64,000 bases of DNA from Tubulanus polymorphus. Its lineage: Eukaryota > Animalia > Nemertea. Positions 1-25,900 of this stretch are shown one piece after another. The stretch is taken from positions 27,614,560 through 27,678,559 of the forward strand of contig NC_134027.1 of assembly GCF_964204645.1 (NCBI RefSeq), written 5' to 3'. The notes beneath the pieces are model-generated. The model was not told where the DNA came from. It saw only the letters and a program-made list of their open reading frames with translations, and did not search any database. A program made the translations under genes and the position numbers. The stretch's first letter is position 1; each line of letters begins with the position of its first letter.

Positions 1-342
1 GCCTATGGAACCGGCTCCTGCCGAACACAAACTCTAGCTGCGGTTCCTTCATTGTTTGGCTGGACAGGTTCCCACGGCAATCAGTCTATGTTGTATTTAA
101 GCCAATCAAATGCGATGTTATTCAATGACAGATTCGCTTTATCGATACCACGCATCTGATTGGTTCAATACACGTAGGTTACTGGTAGTAATGACTTCTC
201 TTGATTAAGTCTGTTTACTCCAGTAAACTGCTCCTAAAACGGTTCAGTCAGCCCGATTAAACCGTAAAGGTTTGCTGGTTTGAGTAAACCAGTCCTAACT
301 CTGTAACTCTGTGTGTCGAATGAGTATTCTTCTAATATCCAG

Positions 343-451
343 AACCCAGTTCCACAGTTGTGAGTTAGAGTTAACTCTGAGTTAAAGTTAGTTCATTTTC
401 AATGTTTTAACCCAGGGTCAAATCTTAACTCAGAACTGTGGAACTGGACCC
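343..451. mobile_element. MITE family A (~110 bp, TIR ccagttccacagtt...aactgtggaactgg)
   Basis: Terminal inverted repeats, with near-identical copies at ~7548-7657, 11733-11827, 18268-18375, 25395-25509 and 40997-41106, and a partly tandem copy at 2655-2933. GG../..CC ends are often flanked by CTG/CAG, suggesting PIF/Harbinger (inference). Confidence 0.85.
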
Positions 452-536
452 AGTTGGTATCCAGACACTGTTTTAGGGGTAAAACCTTATCTGAAATTGT
501 GTCTGTTATTAATATGATGACTGTATATATTTCTAG

Positions 537-1381
537 GCGGTTGTCTGTTTGTGATTGGAGGTAGAGATAACAGCGGTAACATTTTAAACACCGGTGAGAA
601 ATTCAACCCTGAAACTAACAACTGGCAGACGATATCCCCGATGTCTCACGCTCGAGTCGGGTTCGGATTAATCGTTGTCGACGATAAAATCTACGCTCTC
701 GGAGGTAGTAATAACATGTGCGATCCTGTACGCAGCGTAGAGGAGTATTCTATCTATACCAATAGGTGGCGCTCGTTACCGGGTATGTGTTTGAAGCGAG
801 CGTGGGCGGCTTACGCAGTCGTTAATAAGAAGATTTACGTGATCGGCGGAGGAGTGATGGGACAGATTTACGAATCGGTCGAATATTTCGATACTCGCGA
901 TGAAACGTGGAATACGATCGCTCCGATGAAAGAACGTCGGTTCGACGCTCGAGCTGTCAGTTGTCACGGCGACGTGTACGTATTCGGCGGATTGAGACGT
1001 TTAGAATGTCCGTCAGCGTCCGTTCACGGAACCGGGATGAAATTCTGCGGCACGGAGGTTTATTCTACCGAGTTACAACAATGGACGACGATGATGCAGC
1101 GTTCTAGCGGTATGTGCTGTATGAACGAGAACTCGCATGTCGACAGCGCCCTCTATTTACCGGTTACTAACGAGATTTATTTAACGGGCGATTTAGATAT
1201 CGGCGGAGTTTATCATCACGTGAGGGCTTTAAATATGAATAATCACTCGTGGAGAGGAGTCGTAATTAATAAACCTCACAATCAACGTAACGGTGCTTAC
1301 TGCTTCTATAGACTCTCGAATTCATTCATTAAAACTAATTCGGAAACTTTTTATAATAAGAATAAAACGAAAACCGACTAG
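537..1381 (+). CDS. GAN: Gigaxonin (KLHL16)-like kelch protein, terminal exon; gene starts upstream of the window
   Basis: Acceptor tttctag ends at 536. Kelch repeats. KKIYVIGGG..YESVEYFD..W..IAPMKERRF, YVFGGLR and IYLTGDLDIGGVYHHVR resemble the distinctive gigaxonin C-terminus (IYVIGDLDTGTNYDYVR). TAG stop at 1379-1381. Confidence 0.85.
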
Positions 1382-1389
1382 TTGTGTGA

Positions 1390-1571
1390 GGGGGACATCC
1401 ATTGCGGGGAGTAGGGGTCATCCATTGCGGGAGTAGGGGACATCCATTGCGGGGAGTAGGGGTCATCCATTGCGGGAGTAGGGGTCATCCATTGCGGGGA
1501 GTAGGGGTCATCCATTGCGGGAGTAGGGGTCATCCATTGCGGGAGTAGGGGACATCCATTGCGGGGAGTGG
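1390..1571. repeat. Minisatellite, 23-24 bp unit ggggtcatccattgcggg(g)agta, ~8 copies, directly after the GAN stop
   Basis: Directly visible tandem repeat. Confidence 0.95.
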
Positions 1572-2403
1572 GGAGTCTTAAAATTGTCCCCTATACATTA
1601 CGTAGTGCTTAGAAGGGTTGAAAATAATTACAATATACGAACAATAGACTCCTCTTAATTAGACTCGATTTGAACCAGTGATTTTACTGTTCAGTTATAG
1701 AATTAAATTCACTTTCTGTTAATTGTTCAATGTTCTAAGATTTGTGTTTGAGTTCAGCGATATTTACGAGTTTATACTTTATAAAGGGTTCCTTAATCAA
1801 TTTAAATGTAGCTTCATGTTCAAACAATATATGAGTTTCCTCAATATCTTTAAGATGCTGCTCTAATGTTTTATGTATATGTTTATCGTTAGTTCATTTT
1901 GTAAATTCTGATGTAGTTTAACTGTGTAATTTCTGTTGCACACAATTTCATTTCTAGTTATTACGTTATCGTGATATTCCCTTGATAAGCATTTCATATA
2001 GAATATACAAGAATTTCTTATTATTATTATTCAGGGTTTTTTCTTCCATTCGGAGCCTGATTTTTAACAGCATATTCTTCATGATTTGCAGTGGGGGGGG
2101 GGCGGAGGTGGCGAGTTACTAGGTCTAACCCACACTACGAAGAGATGTAAAGCGATTCATATTTATTCATAATACAAATTATCACATATTTATTCGTAAA
2201 TTCTTTTTCAAAATTTTAACTGATCAAAGATATATAAATAAAGTAACAAATAATGGACGGATTATTGAATTCATATTGTAAATATTCAGTTAAATTCGGC
2301 AAGTTAAAAGTTACATTTTCCAAGTAAATCTCGTAGCTGGAAGATTGTGAAAGTCTCTCCTTAGTCCATCAGATATCTGTAGTACTGCTAGTCACACGGC
2401 TCA

Positions 2404-2417
2404 CCACCAGGGGGCAG
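2404..2417 (+). promoter_or_regulatory. Candidate CTCF site CCACCAGGGGGCAG
   Basis: Matches the canonical CTCF core; lies between the convergent GAN and MORN1 3' ends. Confidence 0.45.
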
Positions 2418-2654
2418 GCAGGGTTAGTGTTAGGCGGATCTAATCATTGAAACTACGAGCCATTGATTCCGCGATGTGCTTTGATGTGTCCCACCTATTA
2501 AAGCAAAAAGCATCTTATAACATAACGTGTACTAAAACTATCATGTGTGAAATGTGACAATTTAATAAGTGATATATAAATGTTTGAATCCATTTCTACG
2601 ACAGTTCTCTCTATCAAAATCAGGGTTCATTTTAATTGTTTACAGTAAACTAAG

Positions 2655-2933
2655 GATCCAGTTCCACATCGTGTTAAGATTTGGTTCTAACTGATTTTAA
2701 CTCAGTTAACTCTTAACTCTTGAGTTCAGATTTAACTCTAACTCACAACTGTGGAACTGTATCCTGAGTTCAGAGTTAACTCTAACTCACAACTGCGGAA
2801 CTGGGTCCAGAGTTCAGAGTTAACTCTAACTCACAACTGTGGAACTGTATCCTGAGTTCAGAGTTAACTCTAACTCACAACTGCGGAACTGTATCCTGAG
2901 TTCAGAGTTAACTCACAACTGTAGAACTGGATC
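2655..2933. mobile_element. MITE family A copy with its right end tandemly amplified (~4 x 46 bp)
   Basis: ccagttccac start, then repeated gagttcagagttaactctaactcacaactgtggaactg. Confidence 0.8.
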
Positions 2934-3464
2934 AAGGTGAATATGTATATTAAACAGAAGATTGCACATTTGTCAGGGCAGAATTCTTTCCTCATTTAAA
3001 AACTGCTCAACAATTTATAATAGATGTAGATATTAATGAGAAGTGAGAAACTATTGTTTACAGTTATAATAAAACTGATATCGATGTGTATGAGAGGAAA
3101 ATACTGCAAAGCAGAAAGTTTGTGTCACTAATAATAACGAAGCAGTTTATTTCAGCTGAATGCATTTTAACTATATAAACTTTGCATTCGTATTCAACTA
3201 CCAGCTATATGATTGTCTAAGAATAATAATTTTGCGATAAAGCAATGGAATATTTGGTTTAGCTAAAAGAAATATAATTGAAGCAGAGTGTAGGAGGAGT
3301 GGGAGGGAAGGGGGAGTGGAAGGGAGTGGGAGGGAAGGGGGTGGGTGAGGAGTATTTGAGTTTAATCTACCATAGATGCACCCATAGCACTAGCTATAGA
3401 TTTCTCTGTGTCCCACCTGAAAATAAAATACCATTTATTTTCTATATGGAATATTATCAACAGC

Positions 3465-3540
3465 CAGGAACCGGTCCAACTCGCAGTTTGAATAAATACA
3501 TTATCTCAGATTCGGTTCTAATGCGTGGAACCGGTTCCTG
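3465..3540. mobile_element. Small inverted-repeat element (caggaaccggt...accggttcctg)
   Basis: Terminal inverted repeat; related ggaaccggctcctg at 7-20. Confidence 0.45.
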
Positions 3541-4145
3541 TTCTAGGGTTGTTAACTTGAATCTGATCGGTTTAAGATTAAATTGTAAAGTTTGTTTCCA
3601 CTACTTGAGTTTTATATATTTCCAATCACCGGATAATGAAATAAATACGGTAAACTAAGAATTTTACAGTTTTATCGAAATGTAAATTTAGCGTTTCATG
3701 AAAAACGCGGAATACGACCCGATAGGTTTTAATAATAAAACACAATTTAACAGCATTTCTAACGACGAATAACAACAATTCAATATAAACTGTAACCAAA
3801 GCATAAATAAAAGCTAACATAAATTTATACACGGATAATTTAACTAAAATAAAAACATCCTCGACGATTACTTTACCCAAAGTTTTCCCTTTTTGCGGCA
3901 CTAATTATCATCATAACGTTTAATTACTGGTCGCTGAAATGTGTTACAAATCTACACGAAATCAATATATATATAAGTCACTTCACAGTAAGAGTCAAAC
4001 AGAGAGCTGTTCCCGTATCATCTACCCACAGAATCAGTTCACAGTTAGAGTCAAACAGAGAGCTGTTCCCGTAACATCTACCCAAATAATCAAGTGAAAT
4101 GGCTTCATAGAAGTTGAAGAATCTCTGACTGACCAAGAAAACTCT

Positions 4146-4256
4146 GGGCCCAGTTTTATAGACTGGTATTAACTTTAACCCGGGGGTTAACTTAATTGAA
4201 AATGAATTTAGTTAGCCCTAGGGTTAAAGTTAATACCAGTCAATAAAATCGGCCCC
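4146..4256. mobile_element. MITE family B (~110 bp, TIR ggcc(c)(a/g)gttttatagactggtatt)
   Basis: Palindromic element; copies at ~17343-17463 and 36629-36740; left end amplified at 6191-6572. Confidence 0.85.
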
Positions 4257-4307
4257 TGGATTTGAAAGTATCCCTCCAGTAAATAATGCACTGTTTTTAA
4301 TACATAC

Positions 4308-10107
<5,800 letters not shown>

Positions 10108-11083
10108 GTTGTTTACGTTGGAAACCGCCGCTGCTGCTGTACGCGCGCGCATAGAAATATCGGGACTCGAACCTACCGCGGAAATCTAGCGTCAGGTTCG
10201 AATCCCAGCCGAGACTCCTTCAGAACATATCTTTTTTTATCATTCACTGGATAACCCGACACTACCAAACGGCTCTTCTAGATCCAACAACGACTCAAGT
10301 TATTTCAATATTCACAATTTTTATAATTTATTAAGAAAAATTCTTTTTCTTACCTTTACAGACTCACATCAACAAAGTACACACGTTTTTAAATAAACAT
10401 CTTTTTTTTTCAAAAGCTCAGCAAATGGGAAGAATTCATTCGAGAGACCAGTCATCTTTACCCAACACCGACAAGAGGAAACATGGTAGAAATCATCAAT
10501 TCTCATCTAAATCTAACTTTTTTCTCGATGATAAGAATATGATGTGATAGGTTATCATCAGTGGGGGTCGTTCCTTGATTGCACCACACACAGGTCATCA
10601 CGCCAGGCCGCCGGCCGTCCCCCAAATAAAAATATAGTTCAATACACAAGAGATTTTACAATGACTGCCGAAAAACTTAAGTAGACCAAAAATTTGTGAA
10701 TCGTTTAGGATATTAATAATCAAACAGAAATAACACTTTTGACAATATTGAATTAACGGTGAAACCCGTAAATATTACATCTACAGCGTAACAACCGTGT
10801 ATTACACTAAATCCATAAACATAAATAAATACTTTGTAAAGACATAAAATTATGTTTTTAAAAGACAGCATTTTCTAGTAAAGCGACACTTTGCGATTGC
10901 GATGATGATGTAATTGTTGATCGCGTTCGATGAACTCGTTTCTGAAAATAGTCGGTTTAAAACGACCGTTATGGAACTACTTAGCAACCAATCTCAACTT
11001 TTATATTATTAACTTCTTTTAAATTCTTTTTAATACAAAAAAAAAAAAAATACGCGATATAAGTTTTTTTTAGTAGTAGAGTT

Positions 11084-15107
<4,024 letters not shown>

Positions 15108-15902
15108 GTTTATGTTGATTCTACCCGGCGCCTAAAGCTGTCTGTTAACTCAGAATTCTGTTTGAACTGTTTTAATTCGGGAAGGAAGACAGATTTTTGT
15201 CTAATCCTCCCGAGTCTCACTAACGTAAAAGAGCGTGTCACGTGACAGTTCAGTACAAATACTCGCTCGCCGCAGCCGGTTCGTGTCAGTGCATGAAAAT
15301 TCCGCTAACGGCGTGCTTAGTGGCAGCACCTGACGGTACATTGACTGAGCTGGGTAAATTGCCAGAGTCGGCGCATAATAGTGTATGAAAATTCCGCTAA
15401 CGACGAGCATAGCGGCAGCATCTGACGGGTTAAATGTGTTCATTTTGCACCTCAATTCCATCCTTTTAATTCTTGTCCAATATAACAACTCGTTTCATTG
15501 AGAGCAGACGATACCGCTACAGTATCAGCACCACCATCCATTAGAAGCGAATCAAGTGAGGGAGGAGGCTCTATTGTTACTCACCCTGTACGGCCTACAG
15601 CCCTTTCACCCATCAGGCCCCAAGTTGGGGCACTGCAATGCATCACATAAAATTCAACAGAACAATAGATAGCACATGGGTCACTCAGTGTTTGTGTGTA
15701 CCAAAAGTCGCACATGGGTCACTCAGTGTTTGTGCGTACCAAAAGTCGCATTCACAAATAATAATCCGTCTCAAGACGAAGTTTTTTTCATACTTAATTC
15801 ATCTTTATTTTGTACAATACAAAAATATAAGAACAGATACGGTATTGATAAATTTACACAGGTATAACTTGAGGAGAGGCAGTGAACAGAACCTCGAGGT
15901 TC

Positions 15903-19600
<3,698 letters not shown>

Positions 19601-19978
19601 TAATTAAAATTGTGACAATCAGAATTCAGAATTAACATTAAAAAACTTGAAAAGTTGTGAATGAGAATAGTCTGTGTAAACTCCAGTGATTCTGAGGTTA
19701 TTTATGGTTAAAAACCTGAAATGTTGCCTTCAAATGTTAAAATATGAAATTCATTGGGTGTAATTTATATTTGGGTTCAAACAATGTGTTTAACTCAGAA
19801 GGTCGCGGGCGTCAAACTGCAAGAGATGTTCTAACGAACAGAAAAATAGTTTAAACGGATGAATAATGGCCTTGCGGGAGGTGTAAAACTAGCAACATAC
19901 CGAGCTAAAACTAAATACAGTTTAAATCTATTTCAGAGAGAGGAAGCTGGTAAGAGGAGAAAGAGGAGAAAAGAGAAG

Positions 19979-22900
19979 ATGATTCCCGCTGATGTAGATG
20001 AGATGTTCGATGTTCTAGACCCGACGTGTCGAGGATTTCTAACATCGGAAGAAATACAACAATTCCACGCTTCAATACATTACCAGTCGATCTCTGACGA
20101 CCAGGTCGAGGCTGCGATACGCGATGTTTGCGGTCAGGACTCGGGAGTCGTCGAGAAGTCTCAATTCCTCGCAGTTTTACGAGAATTCGATCGTCGTAAA
20201 ACAATCGAACAACGCGTCAGATGGGATTTCATGGCTCTCGATCGCCGTGGTAACCATCAATTATCTCTGAAGGACGCGTTAGTTTTGTTTAAACAAACGC
20301 ACGGAGATAAATTCTCGATGAACTCGTGGAATCAGTTCCTAAAATCTCGAGATAATTCTACAAATGATGTTTATTTCGATGAGTTAAAACTGTGGTTGTG
20401 CGCGATACCGTCATCGGCTGATCACATGATCACCTCGAATAACGAGTTCCTGCAGGAAGAGAAAAATATCACGAATAGAATTCGACAACGAGATTTAAAC
20501 GATCTTCAAAACTTCAAAAAGTTGCAGGTGAAAAAAATATGGTTGAATCTCAGTAGGCCTAGAACGTGACACCCTCCTTTTCACCCCCGGCCTCCTTCCC
20601 CTCCTTATCGCCCTCCTTCCCCTCCTTATCGCCCTCCTTCCCCTCCTTATCGCCCTCCTTCCCCTCCTTATCGCCCTCCTTCCCCTCCTTATCGCCCTCC
20701 TTCCCCTCCTTATCGCCCTCCTTCCCCTCCTTATCGCCCTCCTTCCCCTCCTTATCACTCTCCTTCCCCTCCTTATCGCCCTCCTTCCCCTCCTTATCAC
20801 CCTCCTTCCCCTCCTTATCACCCTCCTTCCCCTCCTTATTGCCCTCCTTCCCCTCCTTATTGCCCTCCTTCCCCTCCTTATCACCCTCCTTCCCACCCTC
20901 CTTCCCCTCCTTATTGCCCTCCTTCCCACCCTCCTTCCCCTCCTTATCGCCCTCCTTCCCCTCCTTATCACCCTCCTTCCCACCCTCCTTCCCCTCCTTA
21001 TTGCCCTCCTTCCCCTCCTTATCACCCTCCTTCCCACCCTCCTTCCCCTCCTTATCACCCTCCTTCCCCTCCTTATCGCCCTCCTTCCCCTCCTTATCAC
21101 CCTCCTTCCCACCCTCCTTCCCCTCCTTATCGCCCTCCTTCCCCTCCTTATCACCCTCCTTCCCACCCTCCTTCCCCTCCTTATCGCCCTCCTTCCCACC
21201 CTCCTTATCACCCTCCTTCCCACCCTCCTTCCCCTCCTTATCACCCTCCTTCCCCTCCTTATCGCCCTCCTTCCCCTCCTTATCACCCTCCTTCCCACCC
21301 TCCTTCCCCTCCTTATTGCCCTCCTTCCCCTCCTTATCACCCTCCTTCCCACCCTCCTTCCCCTCCTTATCACCCTCCTTCCCCTCCTTATCGCCCTCCT
21401 TCCCCTCCTTATCACCCTCCTTCCCACCCTCCTTCCCCTCCTTATCGCCCTCCTTCCCCTCCTTATCACCCTCCTTCCCACCCTCCTTCCCCTCCTTATC
21501 ACCCTCCTTCCCCTCCTTATCGCCCTCCTTCCCCTCCTTATCACCCTCCTTCCCACCCTCCTTCCCCTCCTTATTGCCCTCCTTCCCCTCCTTATCACCC
21601 TCCTTCCCACCCTCCTTCCCCTCCTTATTGCCCTCCTTCCCCTCCTTATCGCCCTCCTTCCCCTCCTTATCACCCTCCTTCCCCTCCTTATCACCCTCCT
21701 TCCCCTCCTTATCGCCCTCCTTCCCCTCCTTATTGCCCTCCTTCCCACCCTCCTTCCCCTCCTTATCACCCTCCTTCCCCTCCTTATCGCCCTCCTTCCC
21801 CTCCTTATCACCCTCCTTCCCACCCTCCTTCCCCTCCTTATCGCCCTCCTTCCCACCCTCCTTCCCCTCCTTATCACCCTCCTTCCCCTCCTTATCGCCC
21901 TCCTTCCCCTCCTTATCACCCTCCTTCCCACCCTCCTTCCCCTCCTTATCACCCTCCTTCCCACCCTCCTTCCCCTCCTTATCACCCTCCTTCCCCTCCT
22001 TATCGCCCTCCTTCCCCTCCTTATTGCCCTCCTTCCCCTCCTTATCACCCTCCTTCCCACCCTCCTTCCCCTCCTTATTGCCCTCCTTCCCCTCCTTATC
22101 GCCCTCCTTCCCCTCCTTATCACCCTCCTTCCCCTCCTTATCACCCTCCTTCCCCTCCTTATCGCCCTCCTTCCCCTCCTTATTGCCCTCCTTCCCCTCC
22201 TTATCGCCCTCCTTCCCCTCCTTATCACCCTCCTTCCCCTCCTTATCACCCTCCTTCCCCTCCTTATCACCCTCCTTCCCACCCTCCTTCCCCTCCTTAT
22301 CGCCCTCCTTCCCCTCCTTATCACCCTCCTTCCCCTCCTTATCACCCTCCTTCCCACCCTCCTTCCCCTCCTTATTGCCCTCCTTCCCCTCCTTATCACC
22401 CTCCTTCCCCTCCTTATCACCCTCCTTCCCCTCCTTATCGCCCTCCTTCCCCTCCTTATTGCCCTCCTTCCCACCCTCCTTATTGCCCTCCTTCCCACCC
22501 TCCTTCCCCTCCTTATCACCCTCCTTCCCCTCCTTATCACCCTCCTTCCCCTCCTTATCGCCCTCCTTCCCCTCCTTATTGCCCTCCTTCCCACCCTCCT
22601 TCCCCTCCTTATCACCCTCCTTCCCCTCCTTATCACCCTCCTTCCCCTCCTTATCGCCCTCCTTCCCCTCCTTATCACCCTCCTTCCCCTCCTTATCACC
22701 CTCCTTCCCACCCTCCTTCCCCTCCTTATCGCCCTCCTTCCCCTCCTTATCACCCTCCTTCCCCTCCTTATCACCCTCCTTCCCCTCCTTATCGCCCTCC
22801 TTCCCCTCCTTATTGCCCTCCTTCCCACCCTCCTTCCCCTCCTTATCACCCTCCTTCCCCTCCTTATCGCCCTCCTTCCCCTCCTTATCGCCCTCCTTCC

Positions 22901-25900
22901 CCTCCTTATCACCCTCCTTCCCCTCCTTATCACCCTCCTTCCCACCCTCCTTCCCCTCCTTATTGCCCTCCTTCCCCTCCTTCCCCTCCTTATCGCCCTC
23001 CTTCCCCTCCTTATCACCCTCCTTCCCACCCTCCTTCCCCTCCTTCCCCTCCTTATCACCCTCCTTCCCCTCCTTATCACCCTCCTTCCCACCCTCCTTC
23101 CCCTCCTTATTGCCCTCCTTCCCCTCCTTCCCCTCCTTATCACCCTCCTTCCCCTCCTTATCACCCTCCTTCCCCTCCTTATCACCCTCCTTCCCCTCCT
23201 TATCACCCTCCTTCCCCTCCTTCCCCCCTGCTTCACCAATTCATAACATTTCAATCTCGTTAACATCCAAATTCTGAGAAGCCAGATTTAATCTGGTGTT
23301 GAATAATTAGCTTCATTCACCTGATGAAGCTACTAAACATTTGCAGCTAAAGCTCGTGCTTTAAATAAACGAATTAACCGATAAAACTACTCACCATCTC
23401 GCGTTACTTAATGTATTCCATAATGATACATGTTTATAATGTACAAGCTTTATCATGAACTAGGTCCATTTTCAAAGTTATGAGTGAAAATTTTGATTCA
23501 ACTTCAGGGTCAAATATTTTGGAAGAAAACTAATTCTTACTTTATTGAGTCACATCTACGTAACTGGTTGCTGTGAGAGGTTACTACGCATTGAAGAAGT
23601 TCAATTGTCATTTACAATATTTCAATTAAAAGTAATTATTTTATGGTTTTTTATTTGAAATGCAGGAAGATGAACATTTCATTACGAGACAAGTGAAAGA
23701 AAGAAATGATTTGGAAGATAGAATGAAACGCGAAGCCAGGAGAAAATTGAGCAGGTAAAATAAAAGTTTAATCACGGTTTTTGCCGACATAAAATCAAAC
23801 GAATAAAATGTTTATGAAATTTTTTTCTAGGTGGGAGAATTCTGGAGTGAATTCAGTTATTTACGATGATAATATTGAATACACGGACAGTGAACTGACA
23901 AAACGACCTAAAGATAAAACCAGTGTTCTACGAATATTAGACGCATTAGATTTAAAATATGATCTATTACGTAAACCTTTACTGTGGGAGGTTATCAAGA
24001 CAGCAATAGGTAAATATCTACATCCACTTACACAGTTATCCATCCAGTTCCACTGTCCTCCATCCAGTTCCACAGTCCTCCATCCAGTTCCACAGTTGTG
24101 GACCAGTTCCACAGTTCTCCATACAGTTCCACAGTCCTCCATCCAGTTCCACAGTTGTGGACCAGTTGAGTTCCACAGTTTGTGTTTGGAATTTTACAAT
24201 CAAGTTATAACATTGTAAATGAACTATTGCATTAGTAAAGTCAAACTCAACCAAGATTTGTAGAAAACCGATAAAATTTATCTGTGAATCTGATTTCTTG
24301 AATTTCTAAATACATGAAGGAAAACTTTGTAAAACTCGTCATCCTGTAATTGAACGGAATGAATCAATCTGTAGGAGACATTCTTGTATTGTATATCTGT
24401 AGGAGATGTTCTATGGTCTAGTATGAATAATGCTGAACGTCTGGAGAAATACAATCATTTACTGATACAGGAAAAACAACTGAGGAAACTAGGAACGTTG
24501 AATGAAGAAGCTCGTGATTTATACGGATCAGAAGTGATGTTAGATTACAGTTTACAGGCTGTAATGGGTGAAATCTATTGCGACAATGATTCAATACAGA
24601 AAATGATGTATGATGGAAAAACAGTCTTAACGAAACAACAGTTTGAGAAATCTTTGAAAGGTATGCGGTACAGTAGACTACACAAGCCGCCTCTGATCTA
24701 CAGTGTAGACTGTGCACTTGCCTCTGATCTACAGTGTAGACTGTGGGCTTGCCTCTGATCTACAGTGTAGACTGTGCACTTACCTCTGATCTACAGTGTA
24801 GACTGTGGGCTTGTCTCTGATCTACAGTGTAGACTGCGGGCTTGCCTCTGATCTACAGTGTAGACTGCGGGCTTGCCTCTGATCTACAGTGTAGACTGCG
24901 GGCTTGCCTCTGATCTACAGTGTAGACTGCGGGCTTGCCTCTGATCTACAGTGTAGACTGCGGGCTTGCCTCTGATCTACAGTGTAGACTGCGGGCTTGC
25001 CTCTGATCTACAGTGTAGACTGCGGGCTTGCCTCTGATCTACAGTGTAGACTGCGGGCTTGCCTCTGATCTACAGTGTAGACTGCGGGCTTGCCTCTGAT
25101 CTACAGTGTAGACTGCGGGCTTGCCTCTGATCTACAGTGTAGACTGCGGGCTTGCCTCTGATCTACAGTAGACTGTGCACTTGCCTCTGATCTACAATAG
25201 ATTGTGGGCTTGCCTCTGATCTTCAGTAGACTGTGGGCTTGCCTCTGATCTACAGTAGACTGCAGGCTTGCCTCTGATCTACTGTGTAGACTGTGGGCTT
25301 GCCTCTGATCTACAGTAGACTACAGGCTTGCCTCTGATCTACAGTAGACTGTGCACTTGCCTCTGATATACAATAGACTACACAAGCTTGCCTCTGGGTC
25401 CAGTTCCACAGTTCTGAGTTTAAGATTTGACTCTGAGTTGAAACTCATTGAAAATGAACTAACTTTAACTCAGAGTTAACTTCAACTTTCAACTGTGGAA
25501 TTGGGTCCCGATCTACAGTAGACTGTACGCGCTGTCTATTGTAATGTGTGAAATTCTCTCTGAATGAACTGTGTTTAATTATTGTTTTATAGATGGAAAC
25601 AGCGCAGAACAAATTCTTATTGAACTTCATAAGAGGCAGAAATTAGAACGTGAATATTTACTGCATGAAATGAAACCAAACGAACAACGTAAACTTGAAA
25701 CAATGATTGATTTCATGATCGGAGAATATTCGAAATTACTACGGCAACACGCGCTGATTAAAGACGAGAATCTATTCAAAATGGCTGCTATAGCGACCAG
25801 TCTATCTGAACATGGCAGTGCCGTCTGGTTTGTTTTTACACCTCCTCAAGATCTGTATTAATCACAGACTGATAAACATGTGAAAAATTCAGGGGCTGCA

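Noticed and set aside
10150-10230. Functional tRNA gene
   Set aside because: Only B-box/T-loop motifs; no D-arm, anticodon arm or acceptor stem
20566-23277. 903-aa Pro/Ser extensin-like ORF
   Set aside because: Satellite inside an intron, with a GTG start; the flanking exons splice in frame without it
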